From NCBI GenBank assembly GCA_036785375.1, contig JAWMAR010000049.1, forward strand, positions 7,192,001 through 7,256,000: a stretch of 64,000 nucleotides of DNA, given 5' to 3'. The stretch's first letter is position 1. Every line of letters begins with the position of its first letter. Both the position numbers and the translations under genes were made by a program. Shown one piece after another: positions 38,229 through 51,719 of this stretch. The notes beneath the pieces are model-generated. The model ran no database searches, was not told where the DNA came from, and was given only the letters and a program-made list of their open reading frames with translations. The stretch is from Leucoraja ocellata (lineage: Eukaryota).

Positions 38229-38435
38229 GCCCCGCTATCCATGCTAGTATCTTCCCTTTAATACCTTGGGCTCCCATCGTCCCTAGCAGCCTGCCGTGTG
38301 GCACCTTATCGAGGGCCTTCTGAAAATTTAGGCAAACAACATCTACAGCCTCGCCTCTGTCTGTCCTGCTATTAACTTCCTCAGGATGTTATAGGAGCAG
38401 AATTAGGCCATTCGGCCCGTCAAGTCTACTCTGCT

Positions 38436-38646
38436 GAAAGACACAAAAAGCTGGAGTAACTCAGCGGGACAGGCAGCATCTCTGGAGAGAAGAAATGGGT
38501 GACGTTTCGGGTTGAGACCCTTGAAGGGTCTCGACCCAAAGCATTACCCATTCCTTCTCTCCAGATTTACTGCCTGTCCCGCTGAGTTACTCCAGCTTTT
38601 TGTGTCTTTCTTCGGTTTAAACCAGCATCTGCAATTCCTTCTTACA
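38436..38646. mobile_element. Penelope-derived fold-back element with 15-bp TSD
   Basis: About 85-nt inverted arms; CAAGTCTACTCYGCT at 38421 and 38647. Confidence 0.85.
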
Positions 38647-38754
38647 CAAGTCTACTCCGCTAATCATTAAACAAGCAAGGGCTTTGACAAAATGCTGGAG
38701 TAACTCAGTGGGTGTGAAGAAGGGCCCTGGCCCGAAACATCACCTGTCCATGTT

Positions 38755-38988
38755 AGAAACATAGAAACATAGAAAATAGGTGCAGGAGTAGGCCATTCGG
38801 CCCTTCGAGCCTGCACCGCCATTCAATATGATCATGGCTGATCATCCAACTCAGTATCCTGTACCTGCCTTCTCTCCAAACCCCCTGATCCCTTTAGCCA
38901 CAAGGGCCACATCTAACTCCCTCTTAAATATAGCCAATGAACTGGCCTCAACTACCTTCTGTGGCAGTGAGTTCCAGAGATTCACCAC
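38755..38988 (-). mobile_element. Young CR1 3' UTR fragment
   Basis: (AGAAACAT)n tail, nearly identical to 5011-5245. Confidence 0.9.
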
Positions 38989-39559
38989 TCAGTTCTCCAG
39001 GGATGTTGCATGACCTGCTGAGTTACTCCAGCATTTTGTGTCTTTCCTTGGTAAACCAGCATCTGCAGTTCCATGTTTCTACAATTTGGTGGCGACCGGC
39101 TTAGCAGGAAGCTGCATGCAAGACAGAAGCAAAATGGCTGATGCATTGATATCAATTTCCTGAAATTCCTTATTGAAAATAGCAAAAGTAACTCATTCAC
39201 ACTGGGAGAAAGACAGAAACTACAGGACGATTATCCAATAGTCCAGAAAACGTGCTAATTTGACACCACCATAACTTAATTTCCATTTTATCTTTGTGTA
39301 ACTAACAAATTTATCAACCATACCATCGGTGCCTTTGTCTAAATAGTTCATGCAAAATCTGTTGGCCAGCACTCTAATCCCCCTGTGCCAAAGCACTTTC
39401 TGCATCTCGCTAACTTAAAACAGTGCATTTGTGCCAGCTATCTATTTCCCAGAAGACAGTCAGGCAGCACCTCTGGAGAGAAGGAATAGGTGACGTTTCG
39501 GATCGAGAGCCATCTTCCCCGTTGACCAGCCAATCTTCTAACCATGCTAGTACCAAGAG

Positions 39560-40405
39560 AGTGCAGGACGGTGAACACTGTTACGTGGTGTTTAGCAAGG
39601 GCTTTGACAAGGTCTCATATAGTAGGTCAGCCCAAACACACACAACTGAGATAGCAAATTGGATACAAAATTATATTGATGGTAGGAGGCAAAGTGGAGT
39701 CATAGAGGGTTGTTTCTCAGACACCTTTGCCCAGTGGCGCAGGAATTGGTGCTTGCTCCCTTATTTGTCATTGCAGGCTTAATAATCTGAAAGGGAATAA
39801 AAGTGGCATGACAAAAGTTTGCAGATCATATCAAAATTGGTGGTACAGTGGACAGTGACGAAGGTTATCTAAGGTTACAACAGGTACCAGCTCAATTGAC
39901 AAAATGGGCAAGGGAGTGACTGATGAGATTTAACATTTGTGAGCAATTTTGGGCACCATGTCTGAGGAAGGATGTGCTGGCTCTGGAGAGGGTCCAGAGG
40001 AGGTTTACAGGAACGATGCAAGGAATGAGTAGGTTAACCTATGATGAGCGTTTGTCAGCACTCATCGCTGGAGTTTAGAAGAATGAGGGGGACCTCATTG
40101 AAACATGCAGAACAGTGAAAGGCTTGAATGGAGTGGATGTGGAGAGGATGTTTCCACTCGTGGGAGAGTCTAGGACTAGAGGTCATAGCCTCAGAATTAA
40201 AGGAATTCTTTGCCACAGAAGGCTGTGGAGGCCATCAGTGGATATTTTTAAGGCAGAGAGGGATAGATTATTGTTTAGTACAGGTGTCGGAGGTTATGAG
40301 AAGAAGGCAGGAACGTGGGGTTAGGAGGGAGAGATAGACCCGCTATGATTGAAAGGCGAAATAGACTTGATGGGCCGAATGGCCTAATTCTACTATCACT
40401 TATAT
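39560..40405 (+). mobile_element. Decayed CR1 ORF2 and 3' end
   Basis: FSKGFDKVS, KFADHIKIGGTVDS, MKGLNGVDVERMFPLVGESRTRGHSLRIKG. Confidence 0.8.
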
Positions 40406-40417
40406 GACCTTATTTCT

Positions 40418-43400
40418 GGGTGGCACGGTGGTGCAGTGGTAGAGTGACTGTCTTACAACGTCAGAGACCTGCGTTCGGCTACGGGTGCTCTGTACGGAGT
40501 TTTTACATTCTCCCTGTGACTGTGTGGGTGTTTCTCCAGGTCCTCTGGTTTCTCCCCACACTCCAAAGGTTAATTGGCTTCTGTAAATCATCCCTAGAGT
40601 GTGAGGTGTGAAACATCGATAAACTGGGGTTGTTTCCACGCTGCATCTGTAACCTAAATTTGTTAACATTGATGCGATTCATACATTTTGAGAAGTTAAA
40701 CGAGGCCCAGGATATACACAGTGAACAGTAGGCCATTGGGAGTTTTATTGAATGGTAAGACTTTAGATTGTAAGTACATAGTTTCCCCAAAAGTATCTTA
40801 ACAGGTAGACAGTATGGTGAAGAAGGTGCTTGGCTTCATGTGCTGAGCCACTGAGAAAAGTAATTGGGACATCATGTTACAGGTGTACAAATCGCTGGTG
40901 GCTGCAGTTGGATCCTTGTGGACAGTTCTGTCCACCATGCTATAGCAGGGATGTGATTAAGCTGGAGTGGGTGCAAAAAGGATTCACAATATTGTTGCGT
41001 GGACAGGAGGTCTCAAGTTATTAATGAGAGATTGGATGGGATGGGATTATTTTTCCCTGCACCAATGGAGGCTGAGGGGCAATGTTATGTGGTTTAGTTT
41101 AGTTTAGAGATATAGCGTGGTAACAGAAGACAGACACAAAATGCTGGAGTAACTCAGTGGGACAGGCAGCATCTCTGGAGAGAAGGAATGGGTGATGTTT
41201 CGGGTCGAGATCCTTCTTCAGGCTGATGTCAGGTGAGAGGGAGATACATAGATAAGGAAGTGCAAGGTGTGAAACCAGGACAAAGGGGATGGAGGGCAAG
41301 GAAAATATAGAACAGATCATTGTTAGCTGGGAGAAGGTAACAACAAAGCAAACAGATAAAATGTACTCAGAGACAGCAACAGGCCCTTTGGCTCACCAAG
41401 TCCGCACCAACCAGCGATCCCCGCACATCGACACTATCCTAGGGGCAGTATACAATTATACCAAGAAGGGTTTTGGCCCGAAACGTCACCTATTTCCTTT
41501 GCTCCATAAATGCTGCTGCACCCGCTGAGTTTCTCCAGCAATTGTGTGTACCTACAATTATACCAAGCTAATTAACCTATAAACCTATACGTCTTTGGAG
41601 TGTGGGAGGAAACTGAAGATCTTGGAGAAAACCCTTGGGGAGAACGTACAAACTCCGTACAGACAGCACCCGTAGTCAGGATCGAACCTGGGTCTCTGGC
41701 GCAGTAAAGCAGCAACACTACCACTGCGACACCGTGCCACACTTTATAGGTTTATATCGGTTTATAAAACTCTGAACTTTGGAAGATAAATCAGTCTTCT
41801 TCGCTGACGTTTGATCTGGCTGGCCAAAAACTAGAATGATTGGTTTAAAGTAAGAAGGAAACAATGTAAATGGGATCTCAGGGAGAGGTTTTTCCATATG
41901 GAGATGGTGGGTGGATGGGACTAACTGCCAGAGGAAATGGTGAAGGCAGGTACAATTGTAATGTTTAAAATGCAAGACACAAGGACTGCTCTAATCTTGA
42001 GCAAAACCTGAACGTATGGGAGGAACTCAGCGAGTCAGGCAGCATCAGTCAGAAGGAGGGTCCTGACCCAAAACGTCACCTGTCCATTCCCTCCACAGAC
42101 ACTGCCTGACCTGCTGGCTTCCTCCAGCACTCGATATTTAAAAGGGTGGCACAGCGGGGTGGCGGTAGAGCTATTGCCTTGCAGCGCCAGAGACCTGGGT
42201 TCGATCCTGACTACGGGTGCTGTCTGTACGGAGTTTGTACGTTCTCTCCATGACTGCGTGGTTTTTCTCCGGGTGCTCCGGTTTCCTCCCACACTCCAGC
42301 GACGGCAGGGTGTAGGTCAATTGGGCTTTGGCAAAGATTGTAAATTGTCTCTCGAGCGTAGGATAGTACGGGGATCGCTGGGGCAGTGTGCACTAGATGG
42401 GCCGAAGGACATGTTTGCGCACTGTATCTCTAAAACTACAGTAGAAGGCATTTGGACCTCAAATATGTGAACAGGGAAGGTTGGAGGGACATAGGACAAT
42501 TGAGATTAGTGTAGCGAGGCATGTTGGTTAGCGTGGGCAAGTTGAGCCTTCTTCCCATGGTGTACAACTCTATGAATATACTACCTCCAACACTTTTTAT
42601 TTATTTTCTGCAATAGTCTTTCATTTAATATATTATTAAATGTCTTCTGATAATCTATTACCACATTTGGTGGTGCATCAGTTTGCTGGGATCGCTGGTC
42701 GGCGCGGACTCGGTGGGCCGAATGGCCTGTTTCCGCGCTGAACTAAAAACTCAACCAAATGTACCGATTCCCATTCAACCGCAGCACATTACTTCTTCAA
42801 ATAACTGCAGTGGGTTGGTTAAACATGACTTTCCTATCACGATACCATGTTGACTTTGCCTGATTACCTTGCATTATTGTCAACGCCTTGCCGTAATGTA
42901 GTCAATAATAACTCCTAACATTGTCACTGTGGCAGATGTCGACTCGCGGGTGGCGATGAGTCAGCACATGGGGGAGAGAGGCAGAACGCTCGGTTGACTG
43001 GTGCTGAGACAGCAACCTCTCTTTCGACGTCAACAGGCCAAGGAGCTAATCGTTGACAACTGAATGGGGAAGTCGGGGGACCACGAGCCAGATTGCAATT
43101 GGTGGTGCAGTGAGTTAGCAACTTCATCCTCTTGGTCAACTCCTGCACGGACCCTCTGTCACAGGGTCGAAGGAACCCAGGGCGCCCAAAGAAACGGTTC
43201 AAAGTCTGCATGGAGGACTGCCTCCAGCACGCAGGACAAGCCCCAAAAGAACTGGAAACCCATGCCATAGACAGGAGGCACGGTGGCGCAGCGGTAGAGT
43301 TGCTGCCTTATAGCGCATGCTGCACCGGAGACCCGGGTTCGATCCCGACTACGGGCGCTGTCTGTACGGAGTTTGTAGGTTCTCCCTGTGGCCACGTCGA

Positions 43401-43590
43401 TTTCCTCCGAGATCTTCAGTTTCCCCCCACACACCAAAGACGTACGGGTTTGTAGGGTAATTGGCTCGGTGTATGTGTAAAATTGTCCCCAGTGTGTGGG
43501 ATAATGTTAATGTGTGGGGATCGCTGGTCGGTGAGGCCAAAGGCCAAACAGCCTGTTTCCGTGCTGTATCTCTAAAGTTAAAGTAAAGTA
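40418..43590. mobile_element. Cluster of V-SINEs (40418-40660 +, 41370-41740 -, 42144-42437 +, 43276-43590 +) with PLE and RTE scraps
   Basis: Repeated head / V-domain / tail units. PLE insert 41466-41552 with TSD TACAATTATACCAAG. RTE-like GRRNPGRPKKRFK at about 43160-43270. Confidence 0.75.
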
Positions 43591-45413
43591 TATCTACCAT
43601 ACCCTCTTCTCATAAGGTCCTGCTGAGTTACTCCAGCATTTTGTGTCTACCTTCTATACTCAATACTCTGACTGCTGAAGGCCAATGTGCCGAAAGCCTT
43701 TGTGACCACCCCATCTGCCTATGAGGCCACTTTCAAGAACCATGCACCTAAAATGTGGTTGATATCAGCGGCAACAGGAAACCATTAAGAGCACATATAC
43801 AAGAGATTATATTTTGTTGCTCAAGGTCAAATAATACAGTTCAGGGTTAGTCCATTAAATAGCACAATTTCTGGGGAAAACTTTGTGAAAGCTGACTTTT
43901 CTGTGAGTGAATAACTCAAATAGCACCTAAAATACATTTACACAGGTATATGGATAAGAAAGGTTCAGAGGTATATGGGCCAAACGCGGACAGATGGGAC
44001 TAATGTAGATGGGGCATTTTGGTTGGAATGGGCAAGTTGGGCCGAAGGGCCTATTTCCATGCTATATGACTACGATATCAGTGAGGGTCAAAACTGACCA
44101 CAATACTCTAAATGTGGCCTCACCAACGTCTTATTTAACTGCAACATGACCTCCCAACTTCAATACTCAATACTCTGACTGATGAAGGCCAATGTGCCCA
44201 GAACTGAACACAATACTCCACATTCTTCAGAGATGTTGCCTGACCTGCTGAGTTACTCCAGCACGTTTGTCTCCTTCTAAGCTAAAATGGAAGGCTGCAT
44301 ACAAGATTTAAAAAACCCAATTGTAATGGCCTTTATACCATCAATTTAATGGGCACACACCGTAGGCAAAAGTCTCATGGCTCAAGATGTTTAATAAAGA
44401 ACTGCAGATGCTGGAAGAATCGAAGGTAGACAAAAAATGCTGGAGAAACTTAGCAGGTGAGAAAGATCCATGGAGAGAAGGAATAGGCGACGTTTCGGTT
44501 CCAGACCCTTCTTCAGACTGATGTCACAAAGAATGGTAGGTACATGGAACGAGCTGCCAGAGGAGGTAGTTGAGGCAGGTACGAGCTCAAGGTTTAAAAA
44601 TTATTTAGTCAGGCACAGGGATAGGATAGGTTTAGAAGGAAATGGACCAAAGCAGGCTGTTGGGACTAGTGTAGATGGGGCAGGTTAGGGCTGGACTTTT
44701 GTTATCTCACTGTGATGGGGGTGGGGGGTGGAAGAGGCAGCAGTAACCTCAGATGTGTGTTGAAATGCCAGGTTTAGTTTTGTTTTGTAAAATGCTTCTG
44801 TATGTACAGCAAAGAACTGAGTTAATAATTACCAGTTCTATAAGTTACATTCATATCGTGTGCCAACAATGATACAGAAGATATACCCAAAGCGCAACAG
44901 AGGTGTTGGCAGGTTTAAAAAGAAAGGTTTAGTTTAGTTTTTATTTAGTTTATAGATATAGAGTGGAACCAGACCCTTTGGCCCACCGAGTCCACACTGA
45001 CCAGCGACCCCTGCACATTAACACTATCCTAGATGTCACACCAAAGAAGGAAATACATACTCCAAATCTTGGCAAAAAGAGGTGGATTTTAAATAGGATC
45101 CTTAAGGAGGCTATTGAGAAGTGTAGGGTGAGAATCTGTGGGTATAAAAGGTGCAATTGTTTCATTTCCTCACTTCAGCAGTTTTGGATTCAAATCAAGG
45201 CCAGCTTGAAACACTATATTAAATTATTAAAAAAGTAGAATAAAAACATTGCTGTAATATACAATCCCATTGTCCATTTTTGTTTAAATATAAATAAAAT
45301 AAAATTTATTCAGTGTAAAAAATCTCTACTAAACAAGAACTGTGCAAAAATACTTCCGACATTCTCGGAGGCTATACATACATTCAGGCGTTGCAAAATT
45401 TGTAGCAAAATAA

Positions 45414-45441
45414 CTGAAGAAGGGTTTCGGCCCGAAACGTT
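45414..45441 (+). ncRNA. Minimal hammerhead-like motif in a PLE pseudo-LTR (45414-45506)
   Basis: CUGAAGA-A-GGGU(UUCG)GCCC-GAAA-CG-UU; helix I not evident. Confidence 0.5.
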
Positions 45442-45526
45442 GCCTATTTCCTTCGCTCCATAGATGCTGCTGCACCCGCTGAGTTTTTCCAGCACGTTTG
45501 TGTACCAGTGGAGATAACAGTCTCTG

Positions 45527-48500
45527 GCACGGTGGCACAGCAGTAGAGCTACTGCCTTACAGCGCCAGAGACCTAGGTTTGATCCTGACTCCGGGTGCTG
45601 TCTGTACGGAGTTTGTACCTTCTCCCCGTGACCTGCAGGGGTTTTCTCCGAGACCTTTGCTTTCCTCCCACACTCCAAAGATGCACAGGTTTGTAGGTTA
45701 ATTGGCTTGGCATGAATTTAGAAATGTAAATCTTGCCCCGAGAGTGGGTAGGGTAGTGTTAGTGTGTGGGGATCGCTGGTCGGTGCGGACGCGGTGGGCC
45801 AAAGGGCCTGTTTTCGTGCTGTATCTCTAAACTAAACTGATCAGCCTCCTCCGTGTGAGACATTCCATTAATCCAGGATTAGTCGGCCACTAGGTTGTTT
45901 GTTTCTTTGCAGAAAAACATTTTAATTCAGCATCTCGTCCTAAAACAATGTCACGGGAATGTTTGGGACAAAGGTGCAGTTCGGTTTAATCTCTAGTCTG
46001 TACCGGATTTGGATTTCTGTCAGAAAAGCACTCGGAACTCAATAATTGCCCATGACCCATTAGGGCGGCATGTTGGCGCAGAGGTAGAATTGCTGCCTTA
46101 CAGCACCAGAGACCCGGGTTTCATCCTGTACGGAGTTTGTGCATTCTCCCCGTGACCTGCGTGAGTTTTCTCCGAGATCTTCGGTTTCCTCCCACACACC
46201 AAAGACAATGTAAAATTGTCCCTAGTGTGTGTAGGGTAGTGTTAATATGCAGGGTTTGCTAGTTTGCACGGATTCGGCAGGCCAACTAGTATCTATAAAC
46301 TAAACTAAACCCTCCAAGTCCAAACCCCTACACACCAGCCTCACATACTTCATGAATTCATGTACATAAGTTCTAGGAGCAGAATAAGGCCATTCAGCCC
46401 CTCAAGTCTACTCTGCCATTCAATCATGGCTGATCTATCTTTCCCTCCCGACCCCATTCTCCTGCCTTCTCCCCATAACCCCAGACACCCATACTAATCA
46501 TAAATCTGTCAATCTTTACCTTAAAAATACCTATTGACTTGGCCTCGACTGCCTTCTGTGGACTGTGGCAATGAATTCCACAGATTCACCTCCCTCTGAC
46601 TAATGAAATTCCATCTCATCTTCATTTTCAAGTGGACACATTTCTGAAATCTCAGTACGAATGGAGCTATCAGGTTTTATAATGCAATCATCCATTCACA
46701 AGGCATGGAGCGTCACACCTTCACTATTTACTTAGCCTCCTTTTAAAGAAAGGAATTAAAACTAATTCATTGTTTTTGAGCGAAGTCCATTGCATTTCTC
46801 CATTACTCAGTGAAAAGTGATTCTTTGTAGTCCCAGACTGGCGGGTTTGATGCTTAATTTTGTATCGTATTTCCAAGTTTGGAATGACGGGGCAGCACGG
46901 TGGCGTAGCGGTAGAACCACTGCCTTACAGCGCCAGAGACCCGTGTTCGATCCTGTCCACAGGTGCTGTCTGTACAGAGTTTGTATGTTCTCCCCATGAC
47001 TGCATAGGTTTTCTCTGAGGTCTTTGGTTTCCTCCCACACTCCAAAGATGTACAGGTTTGTAGATTAAATGGCTTGGATAAAATTATAAATTGTCCCTAG
47101 TGTGTTTAGGATAGTGCTAATGTGCAGGGATCGCTGGTCAGTGCAGACTCAATGGGCCGAAGGGCCTGTTCCCGCGGTGTATCTCTAATCTAAACTAATC
47201 AAGTTTGTAGGTTAATTGGCTTGGTGCATATATAAAATTGTCCGTAATGTGTGTTAATGTGCGGGGATCGCTGGTCAGTGCAGACTCAATGGGCCGAAGG
47301 GCCTGTTTCCGCGGTGTATCTCTAAACCTTAAAAAAAAACACCTAAATAAAATGCTTAAATGTGTAATTAATTCTCTTCAGTGTTTATAAAAATCTGTCT
47401 CATGACCCAGCCGAGACTTCTCTCTAATTAAACCAAGTTAATGTTTGGGGAAAAAGAAAAATAGAATATGTTGGAAACACACAGCAGAATGTGGAAAGAG
47501 GAAGTCTGTGAATATTACGTTTTTAAAAAGTTGCCGCACTTCTGCATTTCTTGTCTACGAGAAGTACTTGCAATGTCACAGTCGATTAACCAGTCGCTCA
47601 TTTGTAACCGGCAATCATCCCACACACTAGCACAATTCTACACACACTAGGGACAATTTACCATTATACCAATCCAATTAATTTACAAACCTGCGCGTCT
47701 TTGGAGTGTGGGAGGAAACCGGAGATCCCGAGGAAAACCCACGCAGGTCACGGGGAGAACGTACAAACTCAGTAGAATTAGACCATTCGGCCCATCAAGT
47801 CTACTCCCCCATTCTATCATGGCTGATCGATCTCTCCCTCCTAACCACATTCTCCTGCCTTCTCCCCATAACCCCTGACACCCGCACAAATCAAGAATCA
47901 CCTTCACCGAGAATCGCCTTCACCACCACCTCTGGCAGCGCATTGCAGGCACCCACCACCCTGAGTAAAAAAAAGCTCGCTCCGAACATCTCCTTTTAAC
48001 TTTCCTCCTTTTCTCACCTCCTCATAGTGGGCGGCACAGTGACGCAGCGGTAGAATTGCTGCCGCACAGCGCCAAAGACCCGAGGTTCCATCCTGACTAC
48101 GGGTGCTTGTCTGTACGTTCTCCCCGTGACCGAGTGGGTTTTCTCCAGGAGCTCCGGTTTCCTCCCGCACACCAAAGACGTACAGGTTTGTAGGTGAATT
48201 GGCTTGGTATAAAATTGTCCCTAGTGTGTGTTTAGCGTAGTGTTAATGTGCGGGGATTGCTGCTCGGCGCGGACTCGGTGGGCCGTAAGGCCTGCTTCCA
48301 TGCTGTACCACTAAACTAAACCGTGAAAGCAATGCCCTCTAGTCTTCGGCATTTCCAAGCTGGGAAAAAGGTTCTGTATTGAACTGTTTACTAATTGATT
48401 TTGCAGTTTGACATTTTTCAGGCAGGAACAGGTTACACTGCTCAGTGTAGTTATCAGGTTTAGTTACTGCTTGCAGCTGAAAATCATTGGTTATTGCACA

Positions 48501-49130
48501 AGTTTTGCAATCCCAATTTCGGCGGCACAGTGGCGCAGCGGTAGAGTTGCTGCCTTACTGCGCCAGAGAACCTGGTTCGATTCTGACCACGGGTGCAGTT
48601 TGTACGGGGTTTGTACGTTCTCCCGTGACCGTGTGATTTTTGTCCGGGTGCTCCAATTTCCTCCCACACTCCAAAGACGTACAGGTTTGTAGATTAATTG
48701 GCTTCGGTAAAAATGGTAAATTGTTTAGTTTAGAGAAATAGCGCGGAAACAGGCCCTTCGGCCCACCGAGTCCGCGCCGACCAGCGATCCCTGCACACTA
48801 ACACTATCCTACACACACACTGGGAACAATTTTCACATTTACCAAGCCAATTAACCTACATAGCTGTACGTCTTTGGAGTGTGGGAGGAAACCGAAGATC
48901 TCGGAGAAAACCCACGCAGTTCACGGGGAGAACGTACAAACTCCGTACAGACAAGCACCCGTAGTCGGGATCGAACCTGGGTCTCCAGCGCAGCATTCGA
49001 TGCAAGGCAGCAACTCTACCCCTGCGCCATCGTCCCGAGTGTGTGTAGGGTAGTGCTGGTGTACGGGGTAATCGCTGGTCGGGGCGGACTCTGTGCGCCG
49101 AAGGGCCTATTGCTGTGCTGTATGTCTAAA
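45527..49130. mobile_element. Dense V-SINE cluster (45527-45838 +, 46063-46310 +, 46890-47327 + with duplicated tail, 47620-47770 -, 48029-48321 +, 48521-49130 + containing a - copy at 48723-49033) with CR1 scraps
   Basis: Multiple near-consensus SINE copies in both orientations. Confidence 0.85.
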
Positions 49131-49364
49131 ATCTATTTACCCATTGAAATATTTTCAGCCAGGCCACATCGAATAGATGATACCTGCATTCATTGAAAAT
49201 TCAGGTGGTAATTTTGTAGAAGGCTAACATGTTAATCAAATGATACTAATTCCTATTATGGATCTTTCAATATTTTACAGTCTCTGTGGCACAGCACAAC
49301 ACTCAGCTATCTGGCCGTGAGTGAACCTGATTGCTATATTCCAATGTAGACATTACAGATTTTA

Positions 49365-50260
49365 GAGTCAAAGTGTGATACAGTGTGGAAGAGGCCCTTC
49401 GGCCCAACTTGCCCACACTGGCTAACATGTCCCAGCTACACTAGTTCAACCTGCCTGCGTTTGTTCCATATCCCTCCAAACCTGTCCTATTTATGTACTT
49501 GTCTAACTGTTTCTTAAACGTTGGGATAGTCCCTGCCTCAACTCAAGTACCCCCTCTGGCAGCTTATTCCATACACTCACCACACTTTGTGTGAAAAAGT
49601 TATCCCTCAGATTCCTATTAAACCGGAGATCCCGAGGAAAACCCACGCAGGTCACGGGGAGAACGTACAAACTCAGTAGAATTAGACCATTCGGCCCATC
49701 AAGTCTACTCCCCCATTCTATCATGGCTGATCGATCTCTCCCTCCTAACCACATAAGTTTTTTGGCCTTCCATCACAGCAATGTGATGGATGTTTATGTA
49801 AATTATGTTGTGGCTTGGGTCTATTTGTTTGTAATGTATGGCTGCAGAAACGTCATTTCGTTTGGACCTCAAGGGGTCCAAATGACAAATAAATTGAATC
49901 TTGAATCTTGAATCTTAAATCTTTTCCCTTTCATCTTGAACCTATGTCCTCTGGTCCTCCATTCCCCTAGTCTGGGCAAGAGACTATGTGCATCTACCCG
50001 ATTTATTCCTCCCATGATTATATACACTTCTATAAGATTACCCCTCATCCTCCTGCGCTCCAAGGAATAGAGACCCAGCCTACTCAACCTCTCCCTATAG
50101 CCCAGACCCTCTAGTCCTGGCAACACCCTCTTAAATCTTCTCTGAACCCTTTCAAGCTTGACAATATCTTTCTTATAACATGGTGCCCAGAACGGAATGG
50201 GCCTAAATGCGGCCTCACCAACATCTTATACAACTGCAACTTGACCTCCCAACGTCTACA
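49365..50260 (-). mobile_element. CR1 3' fragment interrupted by a chimeric insertion (about 49620-49915)
   Basis: MLPGLEGLGYRERLSRLGLYSLERRRMRGNLIEVY...RTRGHRFK; NLRDNFFTQSVVSVWNKLPE. Confidence 0.85.
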
Positions 50261-50585
50261 CTCACTGGTTCACAAGAAAAGCCACAAAGTGCTTGGATAA
50301 CTCAATGGGTTGGGCAGCATCTCTGGAGAACATGGATAGGTGATGTTTCAGGCAGGGACCCTTCTTCATAAGTCACAGGAGCAGAATTAAGCCATTTGGC
50401 CCATTAAGTTTTACTTGATTGGTCGAATGGCCTAATTCTGCCCCAATCACTAATGAACTCGCGCCCCAAAGCCTTTTACAACCAACGAAGGAAACCCAGG
50501 AACTTATACAACACTGGAATAATTTTATTTGAATTTCTACAATTTGGTTAGCGTCTGTCCATTGGCGAGCGGGAGCCACCTAGAA

Positions 50586-50800
50586 CTAAGAGGGACCAGC
50601 AGGGGGCCCCCAGGAACTGAGAGGGACCCGGTGGGGAACCGTGGAGAATGAAATGGGGTCGTCGAGAACGAGGAGGGAACCAGCAGGGGGCCCCCAAAAA
50701 TAAAGAGAGACCCGGTGGGGGGAGGGGGGAGGGGGGGGGAAGATGCCCAGAACAAGGTAGAACCCGGATGGGGGGGGGGGGGGGGCTCCCAAGAACAAAG
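50586..50800 (+). repeat. GC-rich degenerate tandem repeat
   Basis: GAGGGA(A)CCAGCAGGGGGCCCCC...GACCCGGTGGGG repeated 2-3 times. Confidence 0.6.
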
Positions 50801-50804
50801 ATGG

Positions 50805-51059
50805 AAGTAAACGCCCGGGTGGTGTTTGAGAGGGACTACATGCTGTCCACGGGCGCTCTGGGGGATTCCCGGGACCTCGGACCCTGTGCGGGGTGGAATG
50901 TATCCTTGACAAGGGGTGTAATATAGCCGTTTAATTTTCAGCCTATTGATATTGAAGAATATTTTTTTACTTTGTGCGATGGTGGTGGGTATTGTTTTGT
51001 ATTGTAAATATTATTCTTGTAAATAATTGATTGAAATTATTTTTGGTTACAAAAAAAAA
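50805..51059 (+). mobile_element. Tx1/L1-clade LINE extreme 3' end with poly(A)
   Basis: VNARVVFERDYMLSTGALGD..., then GVECILDK in a shifted frame, an AT-rich UTR and a short A tail. Confidence 0.6.
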
Positions 51060-51414
51060 GAGGGTATAATTTTATGCTGTATGATTTTACCGGATGCAAA
51101 AACAAAGACTTTCACTACATGTGACAAAGTGTCATTGAGACATTGAATCAGTGAGGGATGATGGACCAACCATTTACACATTTATTTCTATAATTTAACA
51201 CAAATAAACCTTTACACAAAATGATTAATTTTACACTTTATCTGTAAACCTGTATTAATTGTTCATCGTTAAGGTATAACTAAAGATCTTATAGCAGAGC
51301 TAGCTCTAGGATCTTTGGTATAACTGTAAGGCTAAATGTCAAATTGAGGATTATTATACAGGAGCTCCCTCTACAGGCAACGAGTTGGCAGGCAGGGAAT
51401 TACGTTCACCACCA

Positions 51415-51710
51415 GGGCAGCACGGCAGCACAGCGGTAGAGTTGCTGCCTTACAGCACCAGAGACCCGGGTTCGATCCTGACTGCGGGTGCTGGCTGTAC
51501 GGTGTGTGTACTCTCTCCCTGTGACCTGAGTGGGTTTTCTCAGAGATCTTCGGTTTCCTCCCACACTACAGAGACATACAGATGTTAATTAGCTTGGTAT
51601 GGATGTAAAATTGTCCCTAGTGTGTGTAGGATAGTGTTAATGTGCGGGGATCGCTGGTCGGTGCGGACATGGGGACCGAAGGGTCTGTTTCCGCGCTGTA
51701 TCCCTAAACC
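51415..51710 (+). mobile_element. V-SINE
   Basis: Full head, V-domain and tail. Confidence 0.88.
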
Positions 51711-51719
51711 AATACAGCA

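Noticed and set aside
43276-43350. tRNA-like sequences with A and B boxes, here and in many other places
   Set aside because: They are SINE heads continuing into the V-domain, not tRNA genes.
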